A DNA stretch of 56,333 nucleotides, the filler included, from Dugesia japonica (Eukaryota), in NCBI GenBank assembly GCA_001938525.1. It is 4 parts of 4 records of this genome, joined end to end, with 100 filler letters (N's around TTAATTAATTAA, not from the genome) between each part and the next. Parts side by side here need not be neighbours in the genome. Positions count along the whole stretch, not along the records: positions 1 to 10,466 come from MQRL01623332.1; positions 10,567 to 28,783 come from MQRL01514749.1; 2 more parts are not named here. One strand, given 5' to 3'. The notes below the pieces were generated by a model. The model did no database searches and was not told where the DNA came from. It worked only from the letters and a program-made list of their open reading frames with translations. Position 1 is the stretch's first letter, and every line of letters begins with the position of its first letter. Both the position numbers and the translations under genes were made by a program. Of this stretch, positions 1 through 12,280 are shown one piece after another.

Positions 1-1400
1 ACAACTCAAGTGTTAATTTTTATGGAAACGAATAACAAAATAAAAGATTCTGAGGAAACTACTTACAGTATTCACATAAACTCTCTATTGTCTTATATCG
101 AGATTTGATTAACAATGAACAATGTTGTGATTTTATATTTCTTATTAAATAAACATCTCGGTTTATCGACGTTTAGTATAGGAATATAGGTAAGCATGGG
201 TTAGGTATGATCAATCAAGAGCTTCTATTGTTCTATGCAGATTAATTAATTTATTTTTGACCTCCAAGTAAATCAGTACGCGCCTGCACTTTTCCGATAA
301 AAGTCACAGATGCTGCCGAGAGAACCGGTCATAAGACGGCCGGGTAAATCATGAGCGGGTATGGGCAAGTGCCCTAGACAAATGTTCTTCATATTAAAAT
401 TTATTTACCACTCATACCCCAACACATAATTTCATAAAATAATTTTTATACTTTTTTAATTTTGCCTAATATAATATATAGAAAATTATTTAAATAATTT
501 GTATTTAAAAAATGTTTGATATTTTAAAAATCTGTTTTTACTTTTTTACAATAACATTTGAATGTTTCAAAAAANTTTTGATATAATATAATATAGTATA
601 TACCAAATTAAAAAATTTCCCAGGTATTTTAAAATCTATGAATCAATACGAAGCATTGAGAGGCTATTAAAAGTTGCAAATTATCCAAACTTATTTAGCA
701 TAAATAATTTAGATAACATCCTCATTAATTGAATAGAATTAAAAATTTAGAAATGTAGAGTATGAATCTGCAATGTAACCCTATTTAAACACAAAAATTT
801 ACAAATACGCGAAACATATAGAACAAGTGGAACATCAAATGTCAGAGGATCGAGAGTCAAAATCCTGCATTGATAACTGAATAAAAGAAGTGTGAAATAA
901 TGTGTCAAGTGACTTTGTTTCAATTTAAAAAATAGGGGTCACATTGTTAATAATTTTCTCATCCACTTGCTCTTGAGAAAGATTTTTTTATGTACAAAAT
1001 CATGTAATTTCGAAGTCTAGAAATACATTGATAAAGGAAGATTCAGAAGCAATCGAAAACATATCGGTATCCATTAAAAAGCTTGAAAGTAATATAAAGC
1101 AAAAAACTTTCATCAAATTATTACAATAAAGTAGTTTAATTATAATATTAAAATTTAATAATGTTTTATAAAATTATTTTATATTAAATAAATAAAAAAA
1201 TATATAAGTACTACGATTAAAAACTGACAATCAGAAACTTGCATTTCAATTTACTTTAATTTGGGCACTTTGATAAAATCTTTTTTGCCATCCTTACTAT
1301 ATACTATATTATTTTATACTATATCATTTTGTTTTGTTTTAATAATAAGTATAAAATATTTCAAATATTTCAATTAAGTATTGCATTTGAAATTAAATCA

Positions 1401-2277
1401 ATGGGTTATTTTTTTTTCTAAAATTTATATCTTAAGTATTTTAAATATTTTAATGCTTTTATAACTCTTTAAAATTCCATAATTTCATGATATTGTTTAC
1501 TAAATGAAGTAATATTCGTTATTTAAATCTTGGAAAAGAAATTATTGAATGAATACTATCTAAATTTTAGCATTGGTTGTCAGAACTGAAAATATTTTAT
1601 TTGATGATTGGCGGCATACGAGATGCTTTCAATTTGGAAGCAATAAAGTTCAAATTGAACAGAATTGGGATGGATTAGGCGTTGCTGGAGTAGTTTGGGA
1701 CGCAGTTATGAATTTTTACAATCCTTCTGAAATAATTTTTTATTTTTAGGCAATATCACTGTCATTTTACATATGGACACATCAAGAATTTTTTAAAAAT
1801 AAAACTGTACTTGAATTAGGTGCTGGAATGGGATTGTGTAGTATTGTAGTTGGTATGTTAGGTTCAAATATTGTTTCTACTGACAAAGCAGAAGTCATTC
1901 CATTATTACGAAAAAATTTGTTTCATAATTTTCAAGAAAATAAATTACAATTTTTTAACGATAAATTTCAATGTCCGACTTTTATAGCTGAAGAATTTGA
2001 TTGGTTTAATCCTCCTTTAGAAATGATAGATAAATCTTACGATATTATAATCGGTGCAGATCTAGTATATGATGTAAATCTATTTTCAATGTTAGCCGGG
2101 GTGTTTCAAAAACTACTTAATAAAAATAATTATATTGTATTAAGTACTCGAGTTCGATACAATAAAGATGAAGATTTTCTAAATAGTTTATCCAAAAAAT
2201 ATGGATTTATTGTTGAAACTCTTCAACATTGTCAAAAAACTAATGTTATAATTTCAAAAATTTATAATTCAAATTAA
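1401..2277 (+). CDS. METTL21A: METTL21A-like protein-lysine methyltransferase (3 exons: 1401-1404, 1571-1704, 1750-2277)
   Basis: Splicing the GT-AG introns 1405-1570 and 1705-1749 gives MALVVRTEN...QNWDGLGVAGVVWDAAISLS...KTVLELGAGMGLCS...YDIIIGADLVYD. This has the VVWDA motif, motif I (LELGAG) and DxxY motif of METTL21/Methyltransf_16, and the MALV N-terminus of METTL21A. Confidence 0.88.
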
Positions 2278-3946
2278 TTATTTCATATATTTTCAAAATA
2301 AATATTTTGATTTTGTCTTATTATTGAGATATGTAATTTTATTTGTCATGTGTAGAACAATCAATATTTTTGTCACAATTCCAGCAGATCGATATACATA
2401 TTTATGTATAATAAATTGTGTTTTTTAATTTAATAAAAATATGTTATAATCAGTCCAAGGANNNNNNNNNNNNNNNNNNNNNNNNNNNNNNNNNNNNNNN
2501 NNNNNNNNNNNNNNNNNNNNNNNNNNNNNNNNNNNNNNNNNNNNNNNNNNNNNNNNNNNNNNNNNNNNNNNNNNNNNNNNNNNNNNNNNNNNNNNNNNNN
2601 NNNNNNNNNNNNNNNNNNNNNNNNNNNNNNNNNNNNNNNNNNNNNNNNNNNNNNNNNNNNNNNNNNNNNNNNNNNNNNNNNNNNNNNNNNNNNNNNNNNN
2701 NNNNNNNNNNNNNNNNNNNNNNNNNNNNNNNNNNNNNNNNNNNNNNNNNNNNNNNNNNNNNNNNNNNNNNNNNNNNNNNNNNNNNNNNNNNNNNNNNNNN
2801 NNNNNNNNNNNNNNNNNNNNNNNNNNNNNNNNNNNNNNNNNNNNNNNNNNNNNNNNNNNNNNNNNNNNNNNNNNNNNNNNNNNNNNNNNNNNNNNNNNNN
2901 NNNNNNNNNNNNNNNNNNNNNNNNNNNNNNNNNNNNNNNNNNNNNNNNNNNNNNNNNNNNNNNNNNNNNNNNNNNNNNNNNNNNNATCCAAGCATTAATG
3001 TACAGGCAGCTCATTCGACTAAATTAATTAAAATTTTTTGGATATAAAGTAATTTTTCAAATAAAGTAATAAAAATAGTAAAAGTTATTTAAATATTAAA
3101 GTAAATAAAGTAATAAATAAATAAAATAATAAGTAATAAAGTAAGTTTTTATTGAAATCTTGATTTATTTTCAAAAATTTTTATAGGCTGTGTATTTTAT
3201 TTAATAAAGTGAATTAAAAAAAATTTTTCACTTCATAGGTTTTTTATTTTATTTTATTTTTTGAAATAAATTTCAATTTTCATAGGTTTTAAAAAATTTT
3301 AATATAATCTAAATATAATCATACTAAATTTTTTAAAAAAATATTTCTAATATTTTAATTTTATTTTAAAAACAATTAATTTTAAATTTAAAATCTTATC
3401 GTAACATTTGTTAAATCAATCATATTCCCAAATTAAATAAATTGATTTTAAATTATAACGCATAAATATTTTTTTGTTCATATTTTTGTAGTTTGTCTTG
3501 GGTGCCAAATAATCTAGTCTCAGAGATGGTTATAATGTAAATAGAAAAATACGTAACGAAAACAAAACGTTCGCGTTTAAAAAGAATGTAATAAACTTTT
3601 GCCGTTAATATAATAATTAATTAATTAATTAATTAATTTGATTTAATTAATTGTTTCCAGTATTGAAAATAGTTTGTTAACATGTTTTCAGTTTAATTTT
3701 GAATATTTGCTGCAGTCAATTTTTCGACAAATAAGAAACAAAAAAAGTCGATTTTGTGACCTTCAAAAAATACTGAGCTCTAGGACCCACAATTGATTAA
3801 TTTTATGTCATTTTTTTTATAAAATACTTGGTTAAGTAGCATCAATAATCTCAGGACTTTCATATTGATAGTCAAACTTGAATTTTTTTGCAATTCATAT
3901 TTTCTCTTCTTTATAGATTTCGATTGTTACTGTTGGAGGATTAAGA

Positions 3947-4321
3947 TTAAAAACTACCAAATCTTTCATCAAGAAATTCATATTTTCTAATTCTTTTTTT
4001 TTTATTGAATTTGAGTTTTTCTTTGCATTCTTTTTTTCGTAAGACCACTAGACTGTCTAAAAATTGAATTTCTATTAATGCATTGAGCAAGTTTTGTAAT
4101 TTCTTCTCCAACATGTAACGATACAACAATAAATAGTTTTTTAAGATCTCTGGCAATGGAGGTATGAACGGATCCAGATTGTACTCTCTCTTTAAAATTT
4201 CTTCTCTGTTCACTACACATTTGGATAAATACTTGTGACAATCCAAATAATATCTTTGATCAATTACTGAATTAACTTTACACTTAACATTTTCTTCATT
4301 TGTCCATCTGAAAATCTTCAT
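3947..4321 (-). CDS. hypothetical 124-aa ORF, possibly element-derived
   Basis: Open 124-codon frame with a basic C-terminus and no recognisable motif. Lies just downstream of the Helitron-like fragment on the same strand. Confidence 0.25.
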   Translation of the reverse strand: MKIFRWTNEENVKCKVNSVIDQRYYLDCHKYLSKCVVNREEILKREYNLDPFIPPLPEILKNYLLLYRYMLEKKLQNLLNALIEIQFLDSLVVLRKKECKEKLKFNKKKRIRKYEFLDERFGSF

Positions 4322-4549
4322 TATGTTTGATGCATAACTTTATTTCTCTGAATAATTTTGAATCTGTCATTTTCAAAAAAAATGAATTATTTAATAAAAT
4401 TTGCCTTTATATACTTTTGTGTGTGTGAATATTTATTATTGGTTCTAGATTGGAAAGAAAAATACCAGGAACAAATAGAAATACATTTATGGGAAGAAAA
4501 TACCAAAGAAAAGCCGATGAAATGTCAAAAATAAATGTTTGTTATTGTT

Positions 4550-4910
4550 ATATAACTTTATCGATTACATCACGCAAAACTGACGCATCATTTAATGCCA
4601 AACGCATTGACAAAATAGAAGTGTCCAGAAGAGGAACGAAAGTTTGAAACCACTATAAACCTTTCTGCCTCCTGTCTAAAGTGTCGCTGCAACGTTGGTT
4701 GTTGCATATGAAAATGAAATTTGATCACAACCGCGCACGAATGACAAAGACGTCGAATACAGGAAAGGTTTCCCTGATTCCACTGAGCAGCTAGATAGAA
4801 ACAGGGAACTGTTAAATCGTAAAATCGAGAACATATCGAATCGTGTCAAAAACCTGTCTCTGCGCGTCGTTCAATCTATCAATGCTGATATGCGCAATGT
4901 ATGTTAACTG
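4550..4910 (-). pseudogene. PIF1-type helicase fragment (Helitron RepHel remnant)
   Basis: Minus-strand translation with frameshifts and stops: IDRLNDAQRQVFDTI ... SGK(T)FLYST ... YATTNVAATL*TGGRKVYSGFKL. This matches PIF1 motifs I/Ia (LNxEQ..F; GxGKTFL; A.T.IAATLL.GGRT.HS.FKL). Confidence 0.72.
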
Positions 4911-5329
4911 TAGAATGCTATAAGGCGCGTTTTCAACTGAAAATATCCATGAGAAGTGTAGAGACCAAAAATGGTGCAACTCAAACCATGCAGTTTAAAA
5001 GTACTTTTGTTAGCGTGCAATGTACTGTTTGAAGCCATTTAAGACATTTAAAATAAAAATATTAATAATAATTTCATATATTGCTTTAAACAAAAAAACA
5101 ATAAAAAATTAATTTCTTACATTAAACTGTGTAACTTACGCAAATAAAAATAAAGAAACTAATTTTTTCAGATCAAATAAAGTGTGATAATTCACACCCA
5201 ATATTGTTTACTTTAAAAGTGTGATAATTGCCGTCAAAGGTGTGGAATTTCACACACCGGGTGTTAATGTCCGTTGTTTACATTAAAGTATGAACTTCAA
5301 CACCATAATGATTACGTCACTTCTTGGTC

Positions 5330-5950
5330 CAGACAGTATCTAACCACCTACTGACCCCCAAATCTGTCTTGTGTCTACCTTGATAACGACATAATCTCTT
5401 ACTCCGAGTTCTCTATTAGTACTCACTTCTGAAATGTTTTCCTTAGTTCTCTCTGAAACGTCTAACTCATACTACTTTTCTCTGCAAATTTTCTTTCAAA
5501 ATATGATCTNNNNNNNNNNNNNNNNNNNNNNNNNNNNNNNNNNNNNNNNNNNNNNNNNNNNNNNNNNNNNNNNNNNNNNNNNNNNNNNNNNNNNNNNNNN
5601 NNNNNNNNNNNNNNNNNNNNNNNNNNNNNNNNNNNNNNNNNNNNNNNNNNNACTGTCTTTCAATTTCTCTGTTTGCATTGTTATGATAGGGACTCTTAAA
5701 ACCAAGTTTAATGTTTAGTGTCTGTGCAAACTCTATCATAACTCTGTATTCATAGGTTTTTCTATAATGCAGTTTTATCTCTCTTGGGCATCCAAACCTC
5801 AATATCCAGTTTTAGATAAGCAATGCTATAAGAACCAGATATTTTTTGAACTGCTCTATTATTACAAAAATGCAATTTTTCTGTTCAATTGTTTCTCGCA
5901 TTGGCCTACATATATCTGGGAATATAACTTCAAACAATTTGATAGCTTCT
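5330..5950 (-). mobile_element. Gypsy integrase remnant, same family as the 35172-38292 element
   Basis: RFGCPREIKLH...SPYHNNANREIERQ integrase core. The DNA (ctgaaatgttttccttagttctctctgaaacgtct...) closely matches ~35530-35990. Confidence 0.8.
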
Positions 5951-6112
5951 AATCTTATGATATATGTATATTGATATATTATTAGAGTGGAAGAAATAAT
6001 TATGAAAAATGAATATCAACATTTATTCTATTTCGATATACATGTGTAATGCTATGTTTGCATGTTATGTTGTGTTTTGTACCCCTTTACAAAACGAGGC
6101 TCCGTCATCTTT

Positions 6113-7500
6113 CTACATTCTAAAATAGGGACATGAAATATCATGATATGGTGAGGGTATTATGTCCTTGCAGGTCATATTGAAGATGCAGGGTGCAAAG
6201 TCAAAATCGTCGGAACGCCTAGGAAGGGTTATGGATAGTTCTCTGGAAAAAATGTCCTTTGATGTAACAGGTCTACTCAGTATCCTTGCTGGTTGTCCGT
6301 TTCTAGCCTTGCTATCTTCCGCAATTGACTGTAACCGCCTTTCCTCTACTATCTTTTGTGCTATTACCTGTTTCGCATGAATCTGTAGATGACTAAGTGG
6401 TCCAAATTGCTTTGGAGTGGATACCGTGTTAATTGTAATGGATAGGATCTGGATCTTCATACAATCAGGTAAGAATGTAAAATTGGTTTTAGGATGGAGT
6501 GCTTTGTCTATTGTGATGGTGCGTATGCTACTTATGTATCCTCCTACCCTAAACGGAATATCTTCTGACGTGAGTTGTAATAGATCTGTCGTTTGTTCGA
6601 TATTTAAGAATGTCTTGGGGTATTTCCCTGTTTGGTACATGAAATTTCAATTTGGCATGTTGACACGATGGGCAACAAGATTATATTTATCTGGGTTTTT
6701 CATTTGATTAGTAAATTTTTCGGTTAATTCGAATTTATTCATAATTTTAATTTCATTCGAAAAATGGGCTCTCTTGGATTTTATTAACGTAATGAGTCTG
6801 CTTTTCTGCTTTTCTGGGAGTGTGCCATAACTTACTGTGCGAATGTCGCTGTTAATTTGATTGACTGATAAGACATCACGTTGTATACATACTGTAAAAT
6901 ATTCACTGATGGTGTCACCTCTATCTGATATGTCTACCTGTTGTAATATGGGCGTGAGATGGGCAAATCTAATTTTGTTATTCTGCGGCATCTTAATTAG
7001 TAAGGTGAATGGTACGAATTGACCTATTTCTGGGTTTCTCTGTTTTTGAAATTCGGTACGTACAAGATTTTTTCTGTGGATCCTATAAGATCTACATGAA
7101 GGGCATGGTAAAGTGTCTGAGAAGGTAGTATCAAAGTATTGAACAATACACGAAAAGCAAAAATAATGGCCACATTGTGCTATTCTAGGCAAAATGGGTT
7201 GAACTAAACATAAGGGATATGTTGGCTCATTTTCGCCAAGTATGGAAATTAATGTAATATCAAGCCAGCTATAATCGAATGGTTTTAGAGTGCCTATATG
7301 TTTGTTATGTTTCTGAGTGCATCATAATGTTCTCTTAATGGAAACATTCAATAATATGTCATCTTCTTTGTTAACGGATAGTGTGAGCAATGTACCATCT
7401 TGTTCCATTGTCGCTTTATTAAATAGCGTATTTTCCACCAAAAATCTCAACTTCTTTCTACCAGCTTCGTCAACTTTTGTTAACCTAACCGTTTTCTTAT
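6113..7500 (-). pseudogene. decayed ORF with an RNF10/Mag2-like C3HC4 RING finger
   Basis: One frame with two in-frame stops (~7321 and 6647): PT(Y)PLCLVQPILPRIAQCGHYFCFSCIVQYF..LPCPSCRSYRIHRKNL...IGQFVPFTLL. The first Cys appears mutated to Tyr. The post-RING IHxKxL..G..L pattern resembles RNF10. Confidence 0.72.
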
Positions 7501-8102
7501 TGTATTTTAGATAAATATCATTTTCAGATTTTTCTGGTAGTCTGAATTCTCCCTCTTTTTATTCTTCTGCTTTAATGTTTCTGACCAGCTAACTCCTGGT
7601 TCGGTTATGAATACATACGGCTTAGGTCCCATTGAGTCATTGGTTTCACTGTCTGTATAATATGGCATATATATACAGTCTTCTCTAACTTGCTCTACTG
7701 TAAGATCACCCAATTTTTAATCCTCGTCGGACCAATATTCTGTACAACTATCGTCTAAATCGGTTGGTACGCCCTTGGGGTGGCTTTCCGTAGTTCACTA
7801 ACCCTTTTTTCATCATCATAATTTTTACACCCTCTTGCAAAATCGGAATTAATACTTTCGTTATCTTCATCACTTCTATCGTCTGACTCTGCTTCTAGAT
7901 TTAATATCCAGTTAACAGTATTGGGCTTATCCTTTTCTCGGATAGCTATTTCCTGTAATAGTACCGTGTCATCTGCTACTGCATTCCTTACACCTGGATT
8001 AGCAATTTTTATCGAGTCTTTCCATTCTTGTTGTATAAGCATCTGTTGATAGGTGATTTTTATAAACGCGACTATTTTCGCCGTTGACTCATTTCTTCTG
8101 TC

Positions 8103-8602
8103 TTACGCGGTATTTAACATATCCATAACTACACATTCGTGACGCAATGACTTAAAAACTGCTTCCATTAGGTTGATAAATCTTATTTTCTTGATGTTCG
8201 GTGTATACCGACGTCTCCATTTTTCCTCAGCTAAATCTCTAATTTCAATTACATGTCTTTGGTCTATATGGAGACTTATTAGATTTTTTCCTAAATCATA
8301 TCCAATCAAAATTTTCCATATATTAGTTGACGGGCCTTTAATATAATGAGGTATGCATCTTTATACGCAAGTATTCTTTCTTAATTGCATCCTGTTCTTT
8401 CGACATCAAAATGTCTAATTCGTTCTCTAGGACATAATTTCTCATCTAATATGATCTCTCCCGTATTATTCATGATTGTGATTTCCACTACTTGTGGATT
8501 AAAAAATATATTTTCGACAGTTTTTATATCAACATATATGCTTATTTGTTCAATATCATCAGTTGTCAGTGTGTTGTATTTAACAAATGAAGTTAGATTC
8601 AA
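8103..8602 (-). pseudogene. DEDDh 3'-5' exonuclease (REX4/ISG20-like) remnant, frameshifted
   Basis: IYVDIKTV...VVEITIMNNTGEIILDEKLCPRERIRHFDVERTG, then (IL)IGYDLGKNLISLHI..HVIEIRDL. These resemble ExoI, G.V.LD...P..I.....T.G and ILVGH.L.ND...IRDT of REX-type nucleases. Confidence 0.65.
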
Positions 8603-9567
8603 TAGGTCAATAAATGAAACATCACATTAGCCCATGAGTGCTGTGAACGTTGGAAATGGAATAGTCATAATATCGTAATATATTAATTCCACCGCTAGTA
8701 CTGCTGGTACATCAAGTATTGCTACTTTTACGTTGTTGCATTCTTTCGTAATGACTTCATCTAGAACTAAAGAACAATTTTTGTATTGTTATTTCTTGCT
8801 TTTGATGCGTAAATTTGATAGGGGTTTTTGTAACGTGCATCCTTATTGTTCTAAGAACCCTTTTCTTCTATATTAATGCCGCTTCTTGATCTTTATATAT
8901 TTTAATATATCTTATTAGCTGTTGCAGTTGATATCGTTGTGCTTTCTGGAATCTGATCATTACTATATCTTTATCGCATGTATTGTTTTTTAAAGTATTA
9001 GGGATTTTTGTTACACCATTGAATACTTCTATTCTAGGTTCCATATCTTTATGGGAAAAATAAAATTCTGAATGTTCTCATAAAAGATAGGCATATTGTT
9101 TGTAATAAAGGTAGAACATTAGGGCAAATTTGCTGTTCCATTGTCTGTTTGTGTGTTTGTTATTTGTGTTATGTTGTTGGAATTTATGTTGACTTGTGTA
9201 TTGTTTGATATGTTGCTTGTCTGTATGCCTGTATGTATTGTATGTTTTTGCATGTTTGTGTATAGTATTCAATGAGTTTCAAGTTGTCTATTGTTTATGT
9301 ATTTCTGTGTTGGCTTGTTGGATTTATATTGTCGAATTTGTATCACTGTTGAATTTGTTGTAATATCTAGAATAATTATATGATTAATGGATGATTTTAT
9401 GGACTGTCTAGTCCTATATACTGCCACATGTATTAGTTTAAATAATACTATAAATCATAAGTATAAAAATTTTTAAATTTGATGGAGGGTGCTCAGACCG
9501 ATGTCCATTGGACATAATTTGGAATTTGTGGGGCATTTTGAAGCTGATAACGCTGCCTCTTCCACAT

Positions 9568-9756
9568 TTATCGCTTATGCATTTGTATTATCGTAATTAT
9601 GGAAGCGAGGAGGAAGAGTAATGCAATCATTCCCAATATTGAAAAAGGGTGATGCAATATTTTTATGTCGAATGGTTTTACTGTTGTTGTTTTAATCCAT
9701 AATTGCAGAATTTTCTGTAGTAATTGTTGGTAATCTGAGTTTGTGTTATTATTCAA
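9568..9756 (-). pseudogene. transmembrane-containing ORF fragment (possible env-like C-terminus)
   Basis: Hydrophobic segment ILGMIALLFLLASIITIIQ followed by basic residues (HKR*MWKRQR). Same frame as the upstream protease. Confidence 0.35.
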
Positions 9757-9906
9757 TTTCTGTTTGAATCTTTATAAATTTCTATATATATTTGTACTTA
9801 TCATTGTTGCCATATCGATATTATTATCAGATATATACACCATTGTTGTGCTATGCTTTTGTATTGCCTTATTTGTTGTTATTACATATGGATTGTAACT
9901 GTACAT

Positions 9907-10329
9907 TCAAAATCCCTTTTCTATTATTATATGACCTGTAAATGACTTTATACCCTCTGGTTTATACTTTTTTATTTTTGGTCTTTGGTCTATACTTAAC
10001 CACGATTCTTTTATTATTGAGCATACTGCTCCTGTATCTATTAACGAAAGTATACTGATTCCATTTATTATGATGTCTGTTGTTAGTCTATTATTATCTG
10101 AATCTATGACTGATATTGAATAATTCTTTTGATATTTATATTGCGTTGAATCGTCTATTTTTATATGTTTTAATGCGATGTTTTCTTGTTCATATGGTTT
10201 ATATTCGATATTTGATGATTTATCATTAGTTAATTTATTTAATTCCTGCTCATCATCTATGTTTACTGTATATATGCCTCGATGTTTTTCTAGATTTTTT
10301 ATTTTTTCACTATGGTTTTGCACAATCAT
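9907..10329 (-). mobile_element. retroviral-type aspartic protease (LTR retroelement gag-pol remnant)
   Basis: IIINGISILSLIDTGAVCSIIK...IKSFTG..G is the retropepsin DTGA motif plus flap. No RT or integrase follows. Confidence 0.8.
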
Positions 10330-10466
10330 GTGTTTTGCAATAAATGGACAGAAAAATGCTCCTAGTTTCCATGTGTAACCAAAAACTGCATCTAGTTGTC
10401 TTAAAGAAAGTATTTGATGACCCGCTAATTTTAGAAATGTTAATACATACCACCCAAATAAAATAC

Positions 10467-10566
10467 NNNNNNNNNNNNNNNNNNNNNNNNNNNNNNNNNN
10501 NNNNNNNNNNTTAATTAATTAANNNNNNNNNNNNNNNNNNNNNNNNNNNNNNNNNNNNNNNNNNNN
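10467..10566. other. artificial assembly spacer (44 N + TTAATTAATTAA + 44 N)
   Basis: Exactly 100 nt, with a linker giving stops in all six frames. The same structure occurs three times. Confidence 0.95.
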
Positions 10567-11276
10567 CCGAGAGCGTGTAAGGGACACACGACGCAAAATG
10601 CTTGTGGTTTTCACGAGTATGCCCCTACAAAGAAAAATTAGTTAATATCAACTCGTGGAAACCCAACAAAGATTTTTGGTTTAACATCAAACCTGCTTTT
10701 ACAACAAACCTGCTCAAATACTAGTATTCGCGCCATTAGCATTTTACTATCTATCAATTTTGGTGTCACACTTATCGAAAGTTTTAAAGCCAATAGTCTA
10801 CAATAAAATCCGATATCAAGATCCATTTACAACTAAATGTGCTCAACACTGTTTATTATAGTTGAAAAAACAACATTGTACTTGACAATATTTATTTGTT
10901 TTTGTTGGAAAAAAATAAAAAATGTATTTTATTGAAATTAAATCTTTGTTATTTATTAAAACTAAGAATAAAAATAATAAAATAACAATATTAATTTTAA
11001 AATATTTGTAAGTAATGGGATAATAATACATGTTTTTTATTATTTTGACACGTTTTATTATCAAAAAAATTAAAATAATTTTAAAATACCGCAACGTAAT
11101 ATCTCTGCAAGATTTTAAATTAATTTGACATTTATAAAATACATACATAAACGAATTTGATTGGTTATATTTGATTGGTTAGATATGAAAACCTTGCAAA
11201 AACTTTTTATTATTCATCACAATTTTATATTATTTTTACAAAACTAGTGAACAAATTCTAAAGAGCTTAAAGTACT

Positions 11277-11298
11277 TTATTATTATTATTATTATTAC

Positions 11299-11346
<48 letters not shown>

Positions 11347-11396
11347 NNNNNNNNNNNNNNNNNNNNNNNNNNNNNNNNNNNNNNNNNNNNNNNNNN

Positions 11397-11460
<64 letters not shown>
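11277..11460. repeat. (TAT)n microsatellite with gap
   Basis: Direct trinucleotide run. Confidence 0.97.
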
Positions 11461-11463
<3 letters not shown>

Positions 11464-11799
11464 ATTGTTAACTTATATTATTAGAATTATTATGAATTCG
11501 TATAAACAAAATGAAAGAAGATTTATTTCAACTATGAATGCTGTAAGATTTTTATTATTTATTATTAATTAATTAAATATGTTATTTAGAATTTTAACGA
11601 AATGAGACATGAAGGTGAAGGATCTCGGATGTTTGTGAATGGAGATTCAAGTAAGTTTTTTTTATTATGTTTTTTAAAATATTTTTTATGAGTTAAATTT
11701 CATTAATTGTTATAACTAAAGTTTTAAAAACTATAATGAAAAACAAATATTCTATGTCACGTTTTATGATATTTTCCGTGATATGATATTATTAAGAAA

Positions 11800-12150
11800 T
11801 GGTCTATGTTTTATGAAGAATAAATGCTCTATGTTTTTTAAATGACAAAGTTCTATACTTTTATCATTTTTCTGAGAAAATTGCATCGCTAATATGTTTT
11901 TATAAGAAACTTTCATCACCAATATGATTTACTTTAGAAAATTGCTTCGCGAATATGTTTTACTATGGAAAGTTGTGTCGCTAATGAGATTTTTTATTAA
12001 ACATTGCAACTCTAATGTGATTTTCTATTAAAATTGCAACATTAATGAGATTTTCTATTAAAAATTGCATTGGTAATGATATTTTGGATTTAAAATTACC
12101 ACTCTTATATGTTTTTTTATGGAATATATCATAGCTAATATATTTTTTAA
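11800..12150. repeat. degenerate ~31-bp tandem array (ttgcaacnctaatgagattttttattaaaca)
   Basis: About 9 diverged units. A same-orientation relative lies at 16940-17200. Confidence 0.8.
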
Positions 12151-12280
12151 AGAAAAAATTTTATTAAAATAATTATGTTATTATTATTATGTTATTATTA
12201 AATTATTAAATCCTTTTAAAACATCGCAAATTATACAAACATTGCGCAAGTGCTAGTCACAAGGGTGACTGTCATAGTAT

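Noticed and set aside
600-1130. possible decayed transposase fragment
   Set aside because: Coding-like composition, but no motif I could support.
2418-3047. ORFs spanning N gaps (also at 30.0, 32.6, 34.8, 52.7 and 54.0 kb)
   Set aside because: Artefacts of runs of N or of microsatellites (poly-I/L/Y).
10511-10522. TTAATTAATTAA palindromes within N runs (also 28828 and 44088)
   Set aside because: Artificial six-frame-stop linkers in 100-nt spacers. Linkage across them (e.g. retroelement to Polinton) cannot be assumed.
10843-11148. 101-aa hydrophobic ORF
   Set aside because: Low-complexity AT-rich (I/K/F/Y) translation typical of non-coding DNA.
11800-12150. 31-33-bp arrays as a CRISPR-like array
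   Set aside because: Units are head-to-tail and degenerate, with no unique spacers and no cas genes, in a eukaryotic context.
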